From Deltaproteobacteria bacterium (GTDB taxonomy: Bacteria > Desulfobacterota > Syntrophia > Syntrophales > UBA2192), in the NCBI GenBank assembly GCA_012728915.1, contig JAAYEC010000034.1, positions 5,895-69,894 on the forward strand: a stretch of DNA of 64,000 nt, given 5' to 3'. Below are positions 28,749 to 38,967 of this stretch, piece by piece. Under the pieces are notes generated by a model. That model worked only from the letters and a program-made list of their open reading frames with translations. It did not search any database and had not been told where the DNA came from. Position numbers and translations under genes: made by a program. Positions within the stretch are counted from its first letter, which is position 1. Every line of letters starts with the position of its first letter.

Positions 28749-29637
28749 TCTTGTGTACCTCCTTCAGCCTCTCCCGGCTCACGTGGGTGTAGATCTGCGT
28801 CGTCGAGATGTCCGCATGCCCGAGCATGACCTGGACCGACCGAAGGTCCGCGCCCCCCTCGAGCAGGTGTGTCGCAAAGGAGTGCCTGAACGTGTGGGGG
28901 TGAACCTTCCGCTCCAGGCCGGCCATCTTCGCATATTTCTTGATCAGTTTCCATAACCCCTGTCGGGTGAATCCCTCTCCGGAGCGGTTGAGAAAAAGCG
29001 TGTTTGACGTCTTCTTCTTCAGGAAGACGGGCCTCGCCTGTTCGATGTATCGACCCAGCCATCCCAGGGCCGATTGCCCGACCGGGACGATCCTCTCCTT
29101 GCGTCCCTTGCCGACCGCGACCAGAAAGCCCATCTGCCGGTTCAGCCGGTTGAGCGTCAGGGTGGCGAGTTCGGAGACCCGGATTCCCGTCGCGTAGAGA
29201 AGCTCCAGGATCGCCCGGTCGCGGATGCCCGACGGACTTGCCTCCGCTGGCTGCGCGAGAAGCGACTCCATTTCGTCGCGGCTCAGCGCCCCGGGGAGGC
29301 GCATCCAGGTCCGCGCCGTTTCGACCCGGGCGAGCGGATTCTCCTCCACCCGCGCTTCACGGAGGAGGTACCGGTAGAATCCCCGGATCGCCGCGAGCTT
29401 CCGGTTCACGGACGCCGGGGAAAGACCCTGGCCCCGCAGCGCCCCGAGATAGGCGGTCACGTGCTCGGGGTTCACGGCAAGGGGGGACGGCACGCCGCTC
29501 GCCCCGGCAAACTCGAGAAACCGCCCGATGTCGCGGCTGTAGGCCTCAAGGGTGTTGAGCGAGGCTCCCCGCTCGACGGCAAGAAAGTGAAGGTACTCCT
29601 CGACGAGCGCCGCGTCGTCCGGAATCGCTGCAGGCAT
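28729..29637 (-). CDS. xerD: site-specific tyrosine recombinase, XerC/XerD family
   Basis: N-terminal SAM-like domain (YLHFLAVERGASLNTLEAYSRDI) and catalytic region HTFRHSFATHLLEGGADLRSVQVMLGHADISTTQIYTHV. Start taken at ATG 29637. Confidence 0.85.
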   Translation of the reverse strand: MPAAIPDDAALVEEYLHFLAVERGASLNTLEAYSRDIGRFLEFAGASGVPSPLAVNPEHVTAYLGALRGQGLSPASVNRKLAAIRGFYRYLLREARVEENPLARVETARTWMRLPGALSRDEMESLLAQPAEASPSGIRDRAILELLYATGIRVSELATLTLNRLNRQMGFLVAVGKGRKERIVPVGQSALGWLGRYIEQARPVFLKKKTSNTLFLNRSGEGFTRQGLWKLIKKYAKMAGLERKVHPHTFRHSFATHLLEGGADLRSVQVMLGHADISTTQIYTHVSRERLKEVHKRFHPRG

Positions 29638-29735
29638 CCGTTCCCCCTGAGCAGCAGCGGCCTTTGCGGCCGCCGCCCTGGGGTCCGTCTTATCGCAAAG
29701 ACGGGGGCCAGGCAACGGCTTTTTTGCCCGGCCAG

Positions 29736-30536
29736 TCAGTTGCCTTGCGCCTTCCGTTTTTCAGCCACGATCAGGAGCACCGAGGCAAGGCGGGCAGGCC
29801 AGACTCGCGCATCGACGCGAGCAAGACCGGCATAGAGACGGTTGAGCAGACAAAAGACTTTCACGAGCGCTTCCGGGGGACTCGTCCGGCTGCGGGGGGA
29901 CACGCCGCGAAAGGCCGCGGAGGAGAGCCTCGCGAGAAGCGCCGCGGTTGCCCCCATGGTGAGCTTTTCAAGCGGGCCCAGGACCTTTGCGACGGCAAGC
30001 GGCCGGAAACCCGATTCCCGGAGCATGGTTGCCATGTCCGCAAGGTCGTAGCGGCGGTGATGACCGACGAACCGGTCATCGACGGCATAGAAGTCCTGCC
30101 GGTGCGGAAAGGTCACGGCAAGGCGCCCCCCCGGCTCCAGGGAGGACGTCATCTCGCGCACCGCCGCGCGGTCGTCCTCGATGTGCTCCAGGACCTCGGA
30201 GCATACGGCCCGTCGAAACACCCCGGGCTTAAAGGGCAGCCGGGTCGCGTCGGCCACCACGTAGTGCCCCGTACCCTGGGCGTCCCGGAGAACGCGCAGT
30301 GCAGAAAAGGAAAGCTCGGTAAAAACGGTGCGGTCCGTGGCGCGGCAGATCGGCGAGATGCCGCTGCCGATCTCCAGGGTCATGCCGTCGGACTGCCCCG
30401 AGAGGCTCTCCCGGATTGCGCGCCTGCGGACCCGATAGTTGTACAGGCTGTTTTTCAGCGCCAGATAGGCCGGGTCCTCGAAAAAGTCATCGAACCGGTT
30501 TGCGGCATCCCTTGTCATCGGCTGCCCCTCCGTCAT
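29736..30536 (-). CDS. class I SAM-dependent methyltransferase
   Basis: Motif I LEIGSGISP and a Methyltransf_11-like core. ATG 30536 forms an ATGA overlap with the GT2 stop. Confidence 0.8.
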   Translation of the reverse strand: MTEGQPMTRDAANRFDDFFEDPAYLALKNSLYNYRVRRRAIRESLSGQSDGMTLEIGSGISPICRATDRTVFTELSFSALRVLRDAQGTGHYVVADATRLPFKPGVFRRAVCSEVLEHIEDDRAAVREMTSSLEPGGRLAVTFPHRQDFYAVDDRFVGHHRRYDLADMATMLRESGFRPLAVAKVLGPLEKLTMGATAALLARLSSAAFRGVSPRSRTSPPEALVKVFCLLNRLYAGLARVDARVWPARLASVLLIVAEKRKAQGN

Positions 30537-31297
30537 CCTTCGCCGGCCCGGTTGGCCGGGAACAGGGGGGATCGAGCCACACCGAGACGGGACATCCGGA
30601 AAATCAGCGCCGTCCAGAGGCATCCGAACCCGTAGCGGACGCTCCGGCTGAAGTTGATGGAGGAGGAATCCGCGTAGTATCGGGTGGGGCAGCTGATCTC
30701 GGCGATCGGGTGGTCGTACCAGAGAACCTGGAGAAGCATCTGGTTGTCGAAGATAAAGTCGTCCGAGTTCCCCTCCAGCGGAAGCTCTTCCAGGACTCTG
30801 CGCGAGAAGGCCCGGTAGCCCGTGTGATATTCGGAAAGCTTACCCCCCGTCAGGACGTTCTCGAAAAGGGTCAGGAAGCGGTTGGCCACATACCGCCACA
30901 GCGGCATGCCGCCGCGCAGAGCGTGACCTCCGAGGATGCGGGAGCCGAGAACGCATTCGTACAGGCCGTTGCCGATGAGCGACGCCATGGCCGGGATCAG
31001 TTTCGGGGTGTACTGGTAATCGGGGTGGACCATGATGACAATGTCGGCCCCCTCCTCCAACGCCATCCGGTAGCAGGTTTTCTGGTTTGCCCCGTAACCC
31101 CGGTTCTCGGGGTGCCGGTGGACGGTGACGTCGGGAAGGGTCCGCGCAAGCGCAACGGTCTCGTCATGGCTCGCATCGTCGACGACGATGACCCTGTCGA
31201 CGACACCCTGGGCCATGACCTCGTCGAAGGTCTTCCGGAGGGTCTGCGCCGCGTTGTACGCCGGCATGACGACGATGACTTTTTTCTCTGCAAACAT
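30533..31297 (-). CDS. family 2 glycosyltransferase, Dpm1/ArnC/GtrB-like (polyprenyl-phosphate monosaccharide synthase candidate)
   Basis: VVMPAYNAAQTL ... VIVVDDASHDET ... ENRGYGANQ ... MVHPDYQY. About 250 aa and lacks a large membrane domain. Confidence 0.82.
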   Translation of the reverse strand: MFAEKKVIVVMPAYNAAQTLRKTFDEVMAQGVVDRVIVVDDASHDETVALARTLPDVTVHRHPENRGYGANQKTCYRMALEEGADIVIMVHPDYQYTPKLIPAMASLIGNGLYECVLGSRILGGHALRGGMPLWRYVANRFLTLFENVLTGGKLSEYHTGYRAFSRRVLEELPLEGNSDDFIFDNQMLLQVLWYDHPIAEISCPTRYYADSSSINFSRSVRYGFGCLWTALIFRMSRLGVARSPLFPANRAGEG

Positions 31298-31337
31298 CTG
31301 TCTGCCTCAATGGTTTCGGCGTCTGGCTCCGATCCGC

Positions 31338-33077
31338 TCATCGAATCCGGTAGACGGCATGACCGTTCGACTCATGGAGTTTGTCCAGGCACTGGGCAAG
31401 CGTCCCCACCACCCGGCCGACCTCTTCCCGGGGGATGTTGTCCTCGAGCGCCTTGAGGAGCAGGTCCTTCTGGACCAGCAGGTGGGTCCCCCCCAGGGAC
31501 TTCAGGTATGCCGAGAGCGTTTCTGTATCGGAGGACGCTCTCCTGATGCCCCGCACGATTCCGGGTTCCCGCCAGGCATGGTGGAGATACTCCCTGTCGA
31601 GATAATACCCGCGGCCGCCCATATAGAGGAGGTAAACGACTGCATCCTGCGGCAGGTGCCGGTTGATGTACGCCACAGCCTGGTAGCTTCCGACCTGCCG
31701 GGACAAAAACCCGTCTCTCGATTCTTCGCCGAGTATATACGGCATGGGACGCACCTCTGCAACCAGATTCCCTAGATAGAGAAGATTCATGGCAAGCAGC
31801 AGGGCAACGCCGGTGAAAACGGCACCGGTCGCCACGCGACGCGCTAGGTTCAATCGAAGACCCATCCACTCCAGGGCGTTCCGAATCCCCAGCACGGCGA
31901 GGATCGCCGCGAAGGGGAGGATCGGGAGGATGTAGCGGATGCGCAGATCCGCGGTCAGTGTGGATACGGTGAAAACGAACGCGATCAGGTAAAGAAAAAA
32001 GAGGCGGTGGCCCTTCCGGTGTCCCGTGAAGGCAAAGGGGATCGCGACGGCGTACAGCGGGTTCAAAATCCCGTCGAAGTGCTGCGACGAATGGTCCCAG
32101 CCCTCGTAAAAAATGCGCAGAGGCAACAGCAGAATCTGCCATGCGTTTTCCCCGTAGAGCAACATCCGGTTGCGGATGAAGCTGAAGCCGCCGCTCGGTG
32201 CATCGCCCGCAACCAGGAACGCGGCCGGCTCGCGGCCGCCGTGGATGAACGTAAACAGGCCGTCCATCAGGGGATAGACGGGATTCCCTTTCAGGATCAG
32301 GTTCTTCACGAGCCAGGGAGAAACAACGGCCAGGGTAACCAGAAAGAACAGCGTGCCCCACCGCAGGGCCTGCAGCTGCCTGCCCGTGTCGCGCGCGTAG
32401 AGAAAGACGATCGCCCCGTTGAGGAAGGCCCACGAGATAAAGGCATTGTACTTGGTGCCTGCCGCAAGCCCCATGAAAACCGCCGAAGCCGAGATCCACC
32501 TGGCCTCCTTGTAGCCGCCGTCACGCCAGCGGAGATAAGCCAGGACGGAGGCCGTCGTGAAAAAGATCATCCCGAGGTCGACATAGGCGGTAATGGACAG
32601 CCGCACAATCATCGGCGTGCTTGCGAACACCAGGAGCCCGAGCAGCGCCCAGGTTCGCCCGGCCTGCTCCCTCAGGTACCGATACACGAGATACCCCGTT
32701 GCCCATCCAAAGAGCATGTGGATGAAGGCCGGCAGCACGTCGTTGCCGAAGGCGAGCGGCACGAGGTACAGAAGATCGACGTTCATGGGGAAGTAGCTGA
32801 ACTCGGCCCAGGGGGTCTCGAACCATCCGCCGTGACGGATCCAGAGCTTCGGGATGGCCAGGTGGTGGATGAGAGCATCGCGGGATACCGGCGGCATCAG
32901 GCACAGAAGTGCCTCTGCGGCAAACACGAGGGCAAGCGTTCCCGCAATCAGCATGCGGACAGGCCGAGGTAGTTCAGCTGTGTCATTAGAACGGCTCCGC
33001 GTATCGTCGCAGAATGCTGATGCCCTGCGGGAATTCTTCCCGGGCGCAGCCGGTGTCCTATCCTTCAGGGCTCGCAC
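31338..33077 (-). CDS. ArnT/PMT_2-like GT-C membrane glycosyltransferase with a C-terminal soluble domain
   Basis: About 11 predicted TM helices in the first 400 aa or so, with an early acidic loop (PPVSRDALIHH). The roughly 150-aa tail is non-TM. Alternative start ATG 32954. Confidence 0.68.
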   Translation of the reverse strand: MRALKDRTPAAPGKNSRRASAFCDDTRSRSNDTAELPRPVRMLIAGTLALVFAAEALLCLMPPVSRDALIHHLAIPKLWIRHGGWFETPWAEFSYFPMNVDLLYLVPLAFGNDVLPAFIHMLFGWATGYLVYRYLREQAGRTWALLGLLVFASTPMIVRLSITAYVDLGMIFFTTASVLAYLRWRDGGYKEARWISASAVFMGLAAGTKYNAFISWAFLNGAIVFLYARDTGRQLQALRWGTLFFLVTLAVVSPWLVKNLILKGNPVYPLMDGLFTFIHGGREPAAFLVAGDAPSGGFSFIRNRMLLYGENAWQILLLPLRIFYEGWDHSSQHFDGILNPLYAVAIPFAFTGHRKGHRLFFLYLIAFVFTVSTLTADLRIRYILPILPFAAILAVLGIRNALEWMGLRLNLARRVATGAVFTGVALLLAMNLLYLGNLVAEVRPMPYILGEESRDGFLSRQVGSYQAVAYINRHLPQDAVVYLLYMGGRGYYLDREYLHHAWREPGIVRGIRRASSDTETLSAYLKSLGGTHLLVQKDLLLKALEDNIPREEVGRVVGTLAQCLDKLHESNGHAVYRIR

Positions 33078-34951
33078 GGGGGCCGTTCCTTTTCCTTCGT
33101 CAAAAGCGATTTGCGCAAATTGTCTTCCATTGTCACATTGCCGGGCGCCAGTTCGACAGCACGTTTGAAATGCGCGATCGCGCCGTCCGACCTGCCGTCG
33201 GCCAGGAGCAGAAGGCCGATATTGTTGTGCGCGGCGGCATGATTCGGATTGATGCGCAGAACCTCTTTGAACTGCTCCTCGGCATCCCCCTTACGTCCCT
33301 GACTCAGACGGGCCATCCCCAGGTAGAAGCGAGCCTCATCATTATCGGATTGTCGCTCAACCACTTGCTGCAGTTCTCGTGCGGATTCGTCCATCGCGCC
33401 GGTATGCATGAGCGAAAAACCAAGAAGGAAACGATTCGTCAGCGTCACAGGGTCGATTTCGATCGCCTTGCGGAAACAGGCCACCGCATCCGAGTACTGC
33501 TGAAGTGCGACATGGCAGCGGCCCAGGTTCAACCAGGCATCCCGGTAATCCGGCTTGAACTCCACGGCCTGCTTGAAGTAGCTGACGGCATCGCCGATGC
33601 GATCTTCGCGGTGGGCAACTACCCCAAGATTATTGCAGGCTATGTGATTTCGCTCGGTGACCCTGTTAGCGTGCTCGAACAGGGTCCTGTAATCCGTCCA
33701 ATACGTCAATTGCATCGACGCCAAGATCATGGAACCTAACACCATGACACACCCCGCAGCTGCGATAGCCGGTCGAAGCGAGCGCCTCCGCTGTGCTGCA
33801 TCCTGCAGCACCCAGGCGATCATGATGAAAATGCCGATGAGGGGAATATACGTGTACCGGTCTGCCATGGAATGGGAGCCCACCTGGATGATCCCGAGAA
33901 CCGGCAGCAGCGAAATCAGATACCAGAACCATCCCACGGCCAAGTGAGGCGCTGTGCGGACTTGTCGAATGACCCAGGCGGTTACCCCAACGAGGATTAG
34001 AAAAGACCCGACGACTTTCCAGATAGGTTGCATTCCCGGGTGAGGATAAAAAACAGCAAGTTCGATGGGACGGACCATCTTCCAAAGGTAGGCGATGCAG
34101 GCCACGGGGGCGTTTGCAAGTCTTAATTCAAGTGGTAACGCCTCCAGTGACGCAAGTGCCCCGTGACTCTCCTGCGCAAGAATAGCAAGAACCCCGGAGG
34201 CTGCCGAGAGTGTCAGGAACGGCATTTTCTCCATGATCAACCGGAACACGCGAACGGCCTGCGTGTCTTTCTTGAATGCGAGTAATCGATCGATACATGT
34301 GGCTGGACTCTCGAGGCGCTGCAGGGGCCAAGCATCGAGAAGAAGGAGCACGACGGGAAGAGTCACGAGCATGGGCTTTGACAGCATCCCTAAAGAGAAT
34401 GCCGCGAAGACGGATAGGTATCTCGCAACAGTCGGCTTCCTCACATAGATGAAATAGAGACCAACTGTTAGGATCCAGAAAAACCCGCTCAGGACATCCT
34501 TTCTTTCCGAAATCCATGTGACCGATTCCACGTGCAGAGGATGAACGGCAAAGAGTGCGGCCGTCAGCCCACTCGCCCATGGAAGGCCGGTCATGGCCGA
34601 CAGGACGATAAAAAGGAGAATCGCACTTACAAGATGGATCTGGACGTTAGTCCAGTGGTGACCGCCGGCATGGTAGCGATAGACCTCGAAATCTAGCAGG
34701 TGCGAGAGCCATGTCAACGGATGCCAGAATCCGACATCGAGATTCCTGAATGCCCAAGCCGCGCTCTCCACAGTAATCCCCCGGGTCACCCAGGGGTTCT
34801 TCTCTACGTAGACATCATCGTCGAACTCGACGAATCCGTAATGCTGCACGGGCCAGTATAGTATCAGCGTCAACGCCCCCAAGAGGAGGCCGATGCCCAG
34901 GATCTGCCGCAGTCGTTTGTTTTCCATGATGTTACGATCCCAACCCGGCAA
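33065..34951 (-). CDS. multi-pass membrane (GT-C/DUF1736-like) + TPR protein, paralogue 1 (TMTC-like architecture)
   Basis: FDDDVYV loop-1 motif, WHPLTWLSH, AGGHHWTN, HPLHVESVTWISERKDVLSGFFW, MADRYTYIPLIG, then about 6 TPRs. Confidence 0.8.
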   Translation of the reverse strand: MPGWDRNIMENKRLRQILGIGLLLGALTLILYWPVQHYGFVEFDDDVYVEKNPWVTRGITVESAAWAFRNLDVGFWHPLTWLSHLLDFEVYRYHAGGHHWTNVQIHLVSAILLFIVLSAMTGLPWASGLTAALFAVHPLHVESVTWISERKDVLSGFFWILTVGLYFIYVRKPTVARYLSVFAAFSLGMLSKPMLVTLPVVLLLLDAWPLQRLESPATCIDRLLAFKKDTQAVRVFRLIMEKMPFLTLSAASGVLAILAQESHGALASLEALPLELRLANAPVACIAYLWKMVRPIELAVFYPHPGMQPIWKVVGSFLILVGVTAWVIRQVRTAPHLAVGWFWYLISLLPVLGIIQVGSHSMADRYTYIPLIGIFIMIAWVLQDAAQRRRSLRPAIAAAGCVMVLGSMILASMQLTYWTDYRTLFEHANRVTERNHIACNNLGVVAHREDRIGDAVSYFKQAVEFKPDYRDAWLNLGRCHVALQQYSDAVACFRKAIEIDPVTLTNRFLLGFSLMHTGAMDESARELQQVVERQSDNDEARFYLGMARLSQGRKGDAEEQFKEVLRINPNHAAAHNNIGLLLLADGRSDGAIAHFKRAVELAPGNVTMEDNLRKSLLTKEKERPPCEP

Positions 34952-34986
34952 TCCGTCTCTTGCGAGACCTGAGAACCGCCACTCTT

Positions 34987-36657
34987 CTACCCTCTCCCCG
35001 ATTCGAGCCGACCTTCGGTCTGCTCCAAATTTCGCCGGACTTCGTCATCGGATGGTGCCATCTGCAGGGCACGCCTGAAAAGGAAGATGGCTTCTTCTGT
35101 ACGTCCCTGCAGCCCAGCTGCGACCCCCCGATTATTCCAATACTTCGCAACAGCAGGATTCAGCGTCGCCGCTCTCCTGAATTGTTCTTCAGCATCGGCA
35201 AACCGGCCCTGGCCCATATGGATGATTCCCAGATCATTTCGCGCCCGGTCGTCATCTCGCAGTCCCAGGGATTGACGGAGATGAGCTTCGGCTTCGCTCA
35301 AACGGCCCTGCTGCAGCAGTGCCATTCCCAGGCCGTGATGGGCTTTGTAGTTGTCTTTCGTCACTGCCAGGGTCCGCTGGAACAGCGTTTCCGTGTCTCT
35401 CCAGTATCGGACCTGCTGCCAGGACAGGATCGACAATACAATCAACACAAGAGCCCCTGCCATCGAGGCCCAGCGTCGGCCCCGTTCGCGGCCTACCCGT
35501 TCGGACCCTTCTGGTATATTCCATGCGAGCATGAGAGCTGGGCCCACGAGGGGTATATAGCTGTAGCGATCCGCCATCGCGATGTTTCCGATCTGAACGA
35601 TGCCGATGACGGGAACGAGGGTTCCCAGATACCACAACCACCCCACGGCAAGGAAAGGTCGTTGCCTTGCAAATCGAAGCACCGCGCAGCTGATCCCCGC
35701 CAATACGAGACCGGAAACGAAAACGCGGCGGTCGGGCCAGGCGCCGGGATGAGGATAGAAGGCGGCAAGATCGGCGGGCCACGCCATTTTTTCCAGATAG
35801 GTCGTGTAACTGACAATCACATTGGCCATGCGGGCTTCCAGGGGATAGGAGGCTCCAGCGGCTAGAGCTCCTGCCTGGTCTTCTGCCCAGTACGTCAGAA
35901 TGGAAAACGCCGCTGAAAGGACCAGGAGTGGGATCTTCTCGAGCATCAGCCACCTCCAGGAATCCGTCTGGAATCTCCCCTTGGGCCGGTTGTCCGCTCT
36001 GCCCTCGACGCGTGCAAGGGGCCAGACATCAAACAACAGGAGAACAAACGGCAACGTGACGAGCATCGGCTTGGCCATCAGGCCGAGAGTAAACAGGATC
36101 GCGAGCAAACCGTACCGGCACGGGCCGGGGCGTACTGCATACCATGCATAGCAGGCCAGCACCGCCATCCAAAGGAACCCGCTGAGCACATCCTTCCGCT
36201 CCGCGATCCAAGCAACAGACTCCGCGTGGAGCGGATGGATTGCGAACATGCCGGCGACGAAAGCGCTCCGTCGGGGACTACCTGTGATTCGGCTGAGAGT
36301 GAAAAAAAGGAGCAAAGTCGCCCACCCATGGAGCAGGACGTTGGTGAGATGGAACCCGCCTGCCCAAGACCCGTAAAGCTGTGCATCCATCATCAGGGAG
36401 ATCCACGTCAGCGGGTGCCAAAAACCGGCCTCCAGGGTGCTGAAGGCCCACCGGAGGGACGAACCCGTCAAGCCGGAACGGACCTGGGCATTGTCGGTGA
36501 CGTAGACGTTGTCATCAAAATGAAGGAAGCCGAATCCGACTGCCTGACCGTAAACGGCCAGCGTCAGGAATATCAAGAGAAGCGCCAGGACGGTCTCGCT
36601 TCGCCAATTTCCTTGTCGGCAGTCTCCGCCCCCATGAATCATATGCTCAGCTGACAT
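34987..36657 (-). CDS. multi-pass membrane (GT-C/DUF1736-like) + TPR protein, paralogue 2
   Basis: FDDNVYV, WHPLTWISL, HPLHAESVAWIAERKDVLSGFLW, MADRYSYIPLVG. Shorter TPR tail of about 4 units. Separated from paralogue 1 by 35 nt. Confidence 0.8.
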   Translation of the reverse strand: MSAEHMIHGGGDCRQGNWRSETVLALLLIFLTLAVYGQAVGFGFLHFDDNVYVTDNAQVRSGLTGSSLRWAFSTLEAGFWHPLTWISLMMDAQLYGSWAGGFHLTNVLLHGWATLLLFFTLSRITGSPRRSAFVAGMFAIHPLHAESVAWIAERKDVLSGFLWMAVLACYAWYAVRPGPCRYGLLAILFTLGLMAKPMLVTLPFVLLLFDVWPLARVEGRADNRPKGRFQTDSWRWLMLEKIPLLVLSAAFSILTYWAEDQAGALAAGASYPLEARMANVIVSYTTYLEKMAWPADLAAFYPHPGAWPDRRVFVSGLVLAGISCAVLRFARQRPFLAVGWLWYLGTLVPVIGIVQIGNIAMADRYSYIPLVGPALMLAWNIPEGSERVGRERGRRWASMAGALVLIVLSILSWQQVRYWRDTETLFQRTLAVTKDNYKAHHGLGMALLQQGRLSEAEAHLRQSLGLRDDDRARNDLGIIHMGQGRFADAEEQFRRAATLNPAVAKYWNNRGVAAGLQGRTEEAIFLFRRALQMAPSDDEVRRNLEQTEGRLESGRG

Positions 36658-36913
36658 CTCTTCCTTGCCAAACGATCCAGCGATCGGAACACTTCCATTC
36701 CTGGTTTTGGGTCAGGAACACTGTGCAAAACATAACCATTTGTTTTATCTGCAATTCTTCTGCCACCGAGGCTGCATATCCCTAGGTCTACGGCATACTT
36801 CCCAATCCTAGCCTTGGCATTCAGGAGGAGAGTCTTTTCTCCAGGAGTCTGGAGCCGACGTACCGGGAAACCGCGCCCATATCGCAATGGAAACGGAAAG
36901 AGAGACTCGCGTC

Positions 36914-38776
36914 TCAGCGTCCTCCATGGGCGAGAGCGTGTCGCAGATTCGCTTCGAAGACCTTTTCTCGCGGGGAAAGCGCCAGAGCCCGCTGAAAACA
37001 CTCGACGGCCTCCTCCCTTCGATCCTGACCGAAGCGAATCAGCCCCAGATTGTTGAGCGCTTCTGCACTCCGGGGATTGACGCGAAGCGCCTCTATCAGA
37101 TGCGCCTCGGCGTCTGCCAGCTTGCCCGACTCGGTAAAGATCAGACCCAGGTTGACATGAGCTGCTTCGTGGGAAGGATCGATTTGAAGAAGCCGGCGAA
37201 AATCCTGCTCAGCCTCGGCATACCTCCCGAGACGGATCAGCAATATCCCTCGGCTGACAAGGGTTCGGGCCAGTTGAGGATCGAACAGCAGCGCCTGTCG
37301 GAAAAAATAAAAAGCCCCGGAGGACGGCGTCTGTCGTGAAGCGCACACCCCCAGCCCGTGATAGGCACAGGGAAAGTTATCTTTCATCTCGATGGCTTTC
37401 AAAAAATGCGGAACGGCTCTGCCGCAATCGTTTCGATCCATGTAAAACTCGCCGAGTTTGTGATGCGCCAGGGGATTGAGCGGCGTCGCGGCGAGGCATT
37501 GCTCGAACAGCGTCACGCTGTTTTTCCAGGTGCCAATCTGTGATCTCGCGGAAACCAGCAGGCCCGAAAGGATGAAAAGGGAGAGGATCACGGCCGGCCG
37601 CTTTGCCCCGGGACATCGGAAAACCATTCGTTCGGCGCCCCACGCAAGAATGATGAATAGCCCAACCAGGGGAATGTACGTATATCGGTCCGCCATGGAC
37701 TGCGAGCCCACCTGGACGATCCCGATGACCGGCACAAGCGTTCCCAAGTACCACAGCCAGCCGACAAGCAGAAACGGCATGGCCCGCATTTTCCGGACGG
37801 TCAGGACGGAAACTGAACCGAGAAACACCGCTGAGACCGCTATCTTCCACGCATCCGGCATTCCCGCATGCGGGTACAGGACGGCTAGGTCGACGGGCCA
37901 CACCGTCTTCCGGAGGTATTCCACATAGGAGACGAGAGCATTGGCGAGCCTGACGTCAATTGGCATCTTGTCTATGGACCAGACGGCGCCGACTTCTTTT
38001 TGTGCGACGAAGGTCAGAAGGCTGAACCCTGCGGATAAAAGAAAAAGCGGCATCTTCTCGAGGACAAGTCTGGCCCAAACGCGTCGGCTTACCGTTTCAT
38101 AGAACGTCCATCCATCGAAAGCAGTCCTCGCTCCCAAAGTACGCTGCAGGGGCCAGAAATCGAGAAGTATCAGAACAAAGGGCAGCGTAACCACCATGGG
38201 CTTTGATAGCAGGCCCATGATGAAAGAAAGAACAACCAGCAGATAGCGTCGGACCGTGGGATGTCTCGCATACCAGGCATAGGCGCCCATCGTGAGAATC
38301 CAGAAGAAACCGCTGAGGACGTCCTTGCGTTCCGCGATCCAGGCGACCGATTCGACGTGAAGGGGATGGATCGCAAAAAGAGCGGCAACAAGGACGCTCA
38401 AGCTGATCGAATTCGTCATTCCCGCCAAAACAAGGAAAAGAAGTAGCGCGCCCACCGTGTGGATGAGTGCGTTCGTCCTGTGATGGCCACCGGCATCCAG
38501 CCCGTAGACTTCTACATCGGCCATGTGTGAAAGCCAGGTCAAAGGATGCCAGTTTCCGCCGTGAAATGTCGTAAAGGCCCACACGAGTCCATCTCCCGAC
38601 AGGCCGTCCCGGATATGGCGATTGTCTTTCACGAAAACGTCGTCGTCGTAGTTGACGAAATCGAAGGACTGGGCGGGCCAATAGAGGGCAATTGTCACCA
38701 CTGCGAGGAGGCCACTCAGCAGGACCAGGCGCAGAGACTGATTCCTCATTTCTGTGAAACGGCCCCGAGCCGGCAT
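36914..38776 (-). CDS. multi-pass membrane (GT-C/DUF1736-like) + TPR protein, paralogue 3
   Basis: YDDDVFV, WHPLTWLSH, AGGHHRTN, HPLHVESVAWIAERKDVLSGFFW, MADRYTYIPLVG, then about 6 TPRs. A 256-nt lower-GC spacer precedes paralogue 2. Confidence 0.8.
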   Translation of the reverse strand: MPARGRFTEMRNQSLRLVLLSGLLAVVTIALYWPAQSFDFVNYDDDVFVKDNRHIRDGLSGDGLVWAFTTFHGGNWHPLTWLSHMADVEVYGLDAGGHHRTNALIHTVGALLLFLVLAGMTNSISLSVLVAALFAIHPLHVESVAWIAERKDVLSGFFWILTMGAYAWYARHPTVRRYLLVVLSFIMGLLSKPMVVTLPFVLILLDFWPLQRTLGARTAFDGWTFYETVSRRVWARLVLEKMPLFLLSAGFSLLTFVAQKEVGAVWSIDKMPIDVRLANALVSYVEYLRKTVWPVDLAVLYPHAGMPDAWKIAVSAVFLGSVSVLTVRKMRAMPFLLVGWLWYLGTLVPVIGIVQVGSQSMADRYTYIPLVGLFIILAWGAERMVFRCPGAKRPAVILSLFILSGLLVSARSQIGTWKNSVTLFEQCLAATPLNPLAHHKLGEFYMDRNDCGRAVPHFLKAIEMKDNFPCAYHGLGVCASRQTPSSGAFYFFRQALLFDPQLARTLVSRGILLIRLGRYAEAEQDFRRLLQIDPSHEAAHVNLGLIFTESGKLADAEAHLIEALRVNPRSAEALNNLGLIRFGQDRREEAVECFQRALALSPREKVFEANLRHALAHGGR

Positions 38777-38905
38777 CCTGTTTCTCCGGTGAAAGATTGT
38801 GCTTTCTGAGGATAATATTCCTTATCCCTTGTGATTAAAGCAAAAAACGCGCCGGGGCGTATCTTGGGGACTTTGATTTTTCCAGTGACGAACTGGTGTG
38901 GAGAC

Positions 38906-38939
38906 AAAAAACCGGGTGAAAGGAACCCTTTCACCCGGT
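38906..38939 (-). terminator. rho-independent terminator after pilA
   Basis: Perfect 13-bp stem ACCGGGTGAAAGG/CCTTTCACCCGGT with a 3-nt loop, followed on the minus strand by TTTTTG. Confidence 0.75.
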
Positions 38940-38967
38940 CCTGCGAGACTGAGAATTCTATACTCGG

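Noticed and set aside
28729-29637. The tyrosine recombinase considered as the integrase of a mobile element or genomic island carrying the glycosylation block.
   Set aside because: The sequence is the XerC/XerD housekeeping type. There is no adjacent tRNA, no att-like long direct repeats flanking the block, no phage or conjugation genes, and no obvious compositional break apart from short spacers.
36723-36737. Possible second sigma-54 promoter (minus strand TGGTTATGTTTTGCA) in the spacer upstream of TPR paralogue 2.
   Set aside because: The GG-to-GC spacing is one nucleotide short of the -24/-12 consensus, and the -24 box is weak (TGGTTA). I do not consider it supportable without data.
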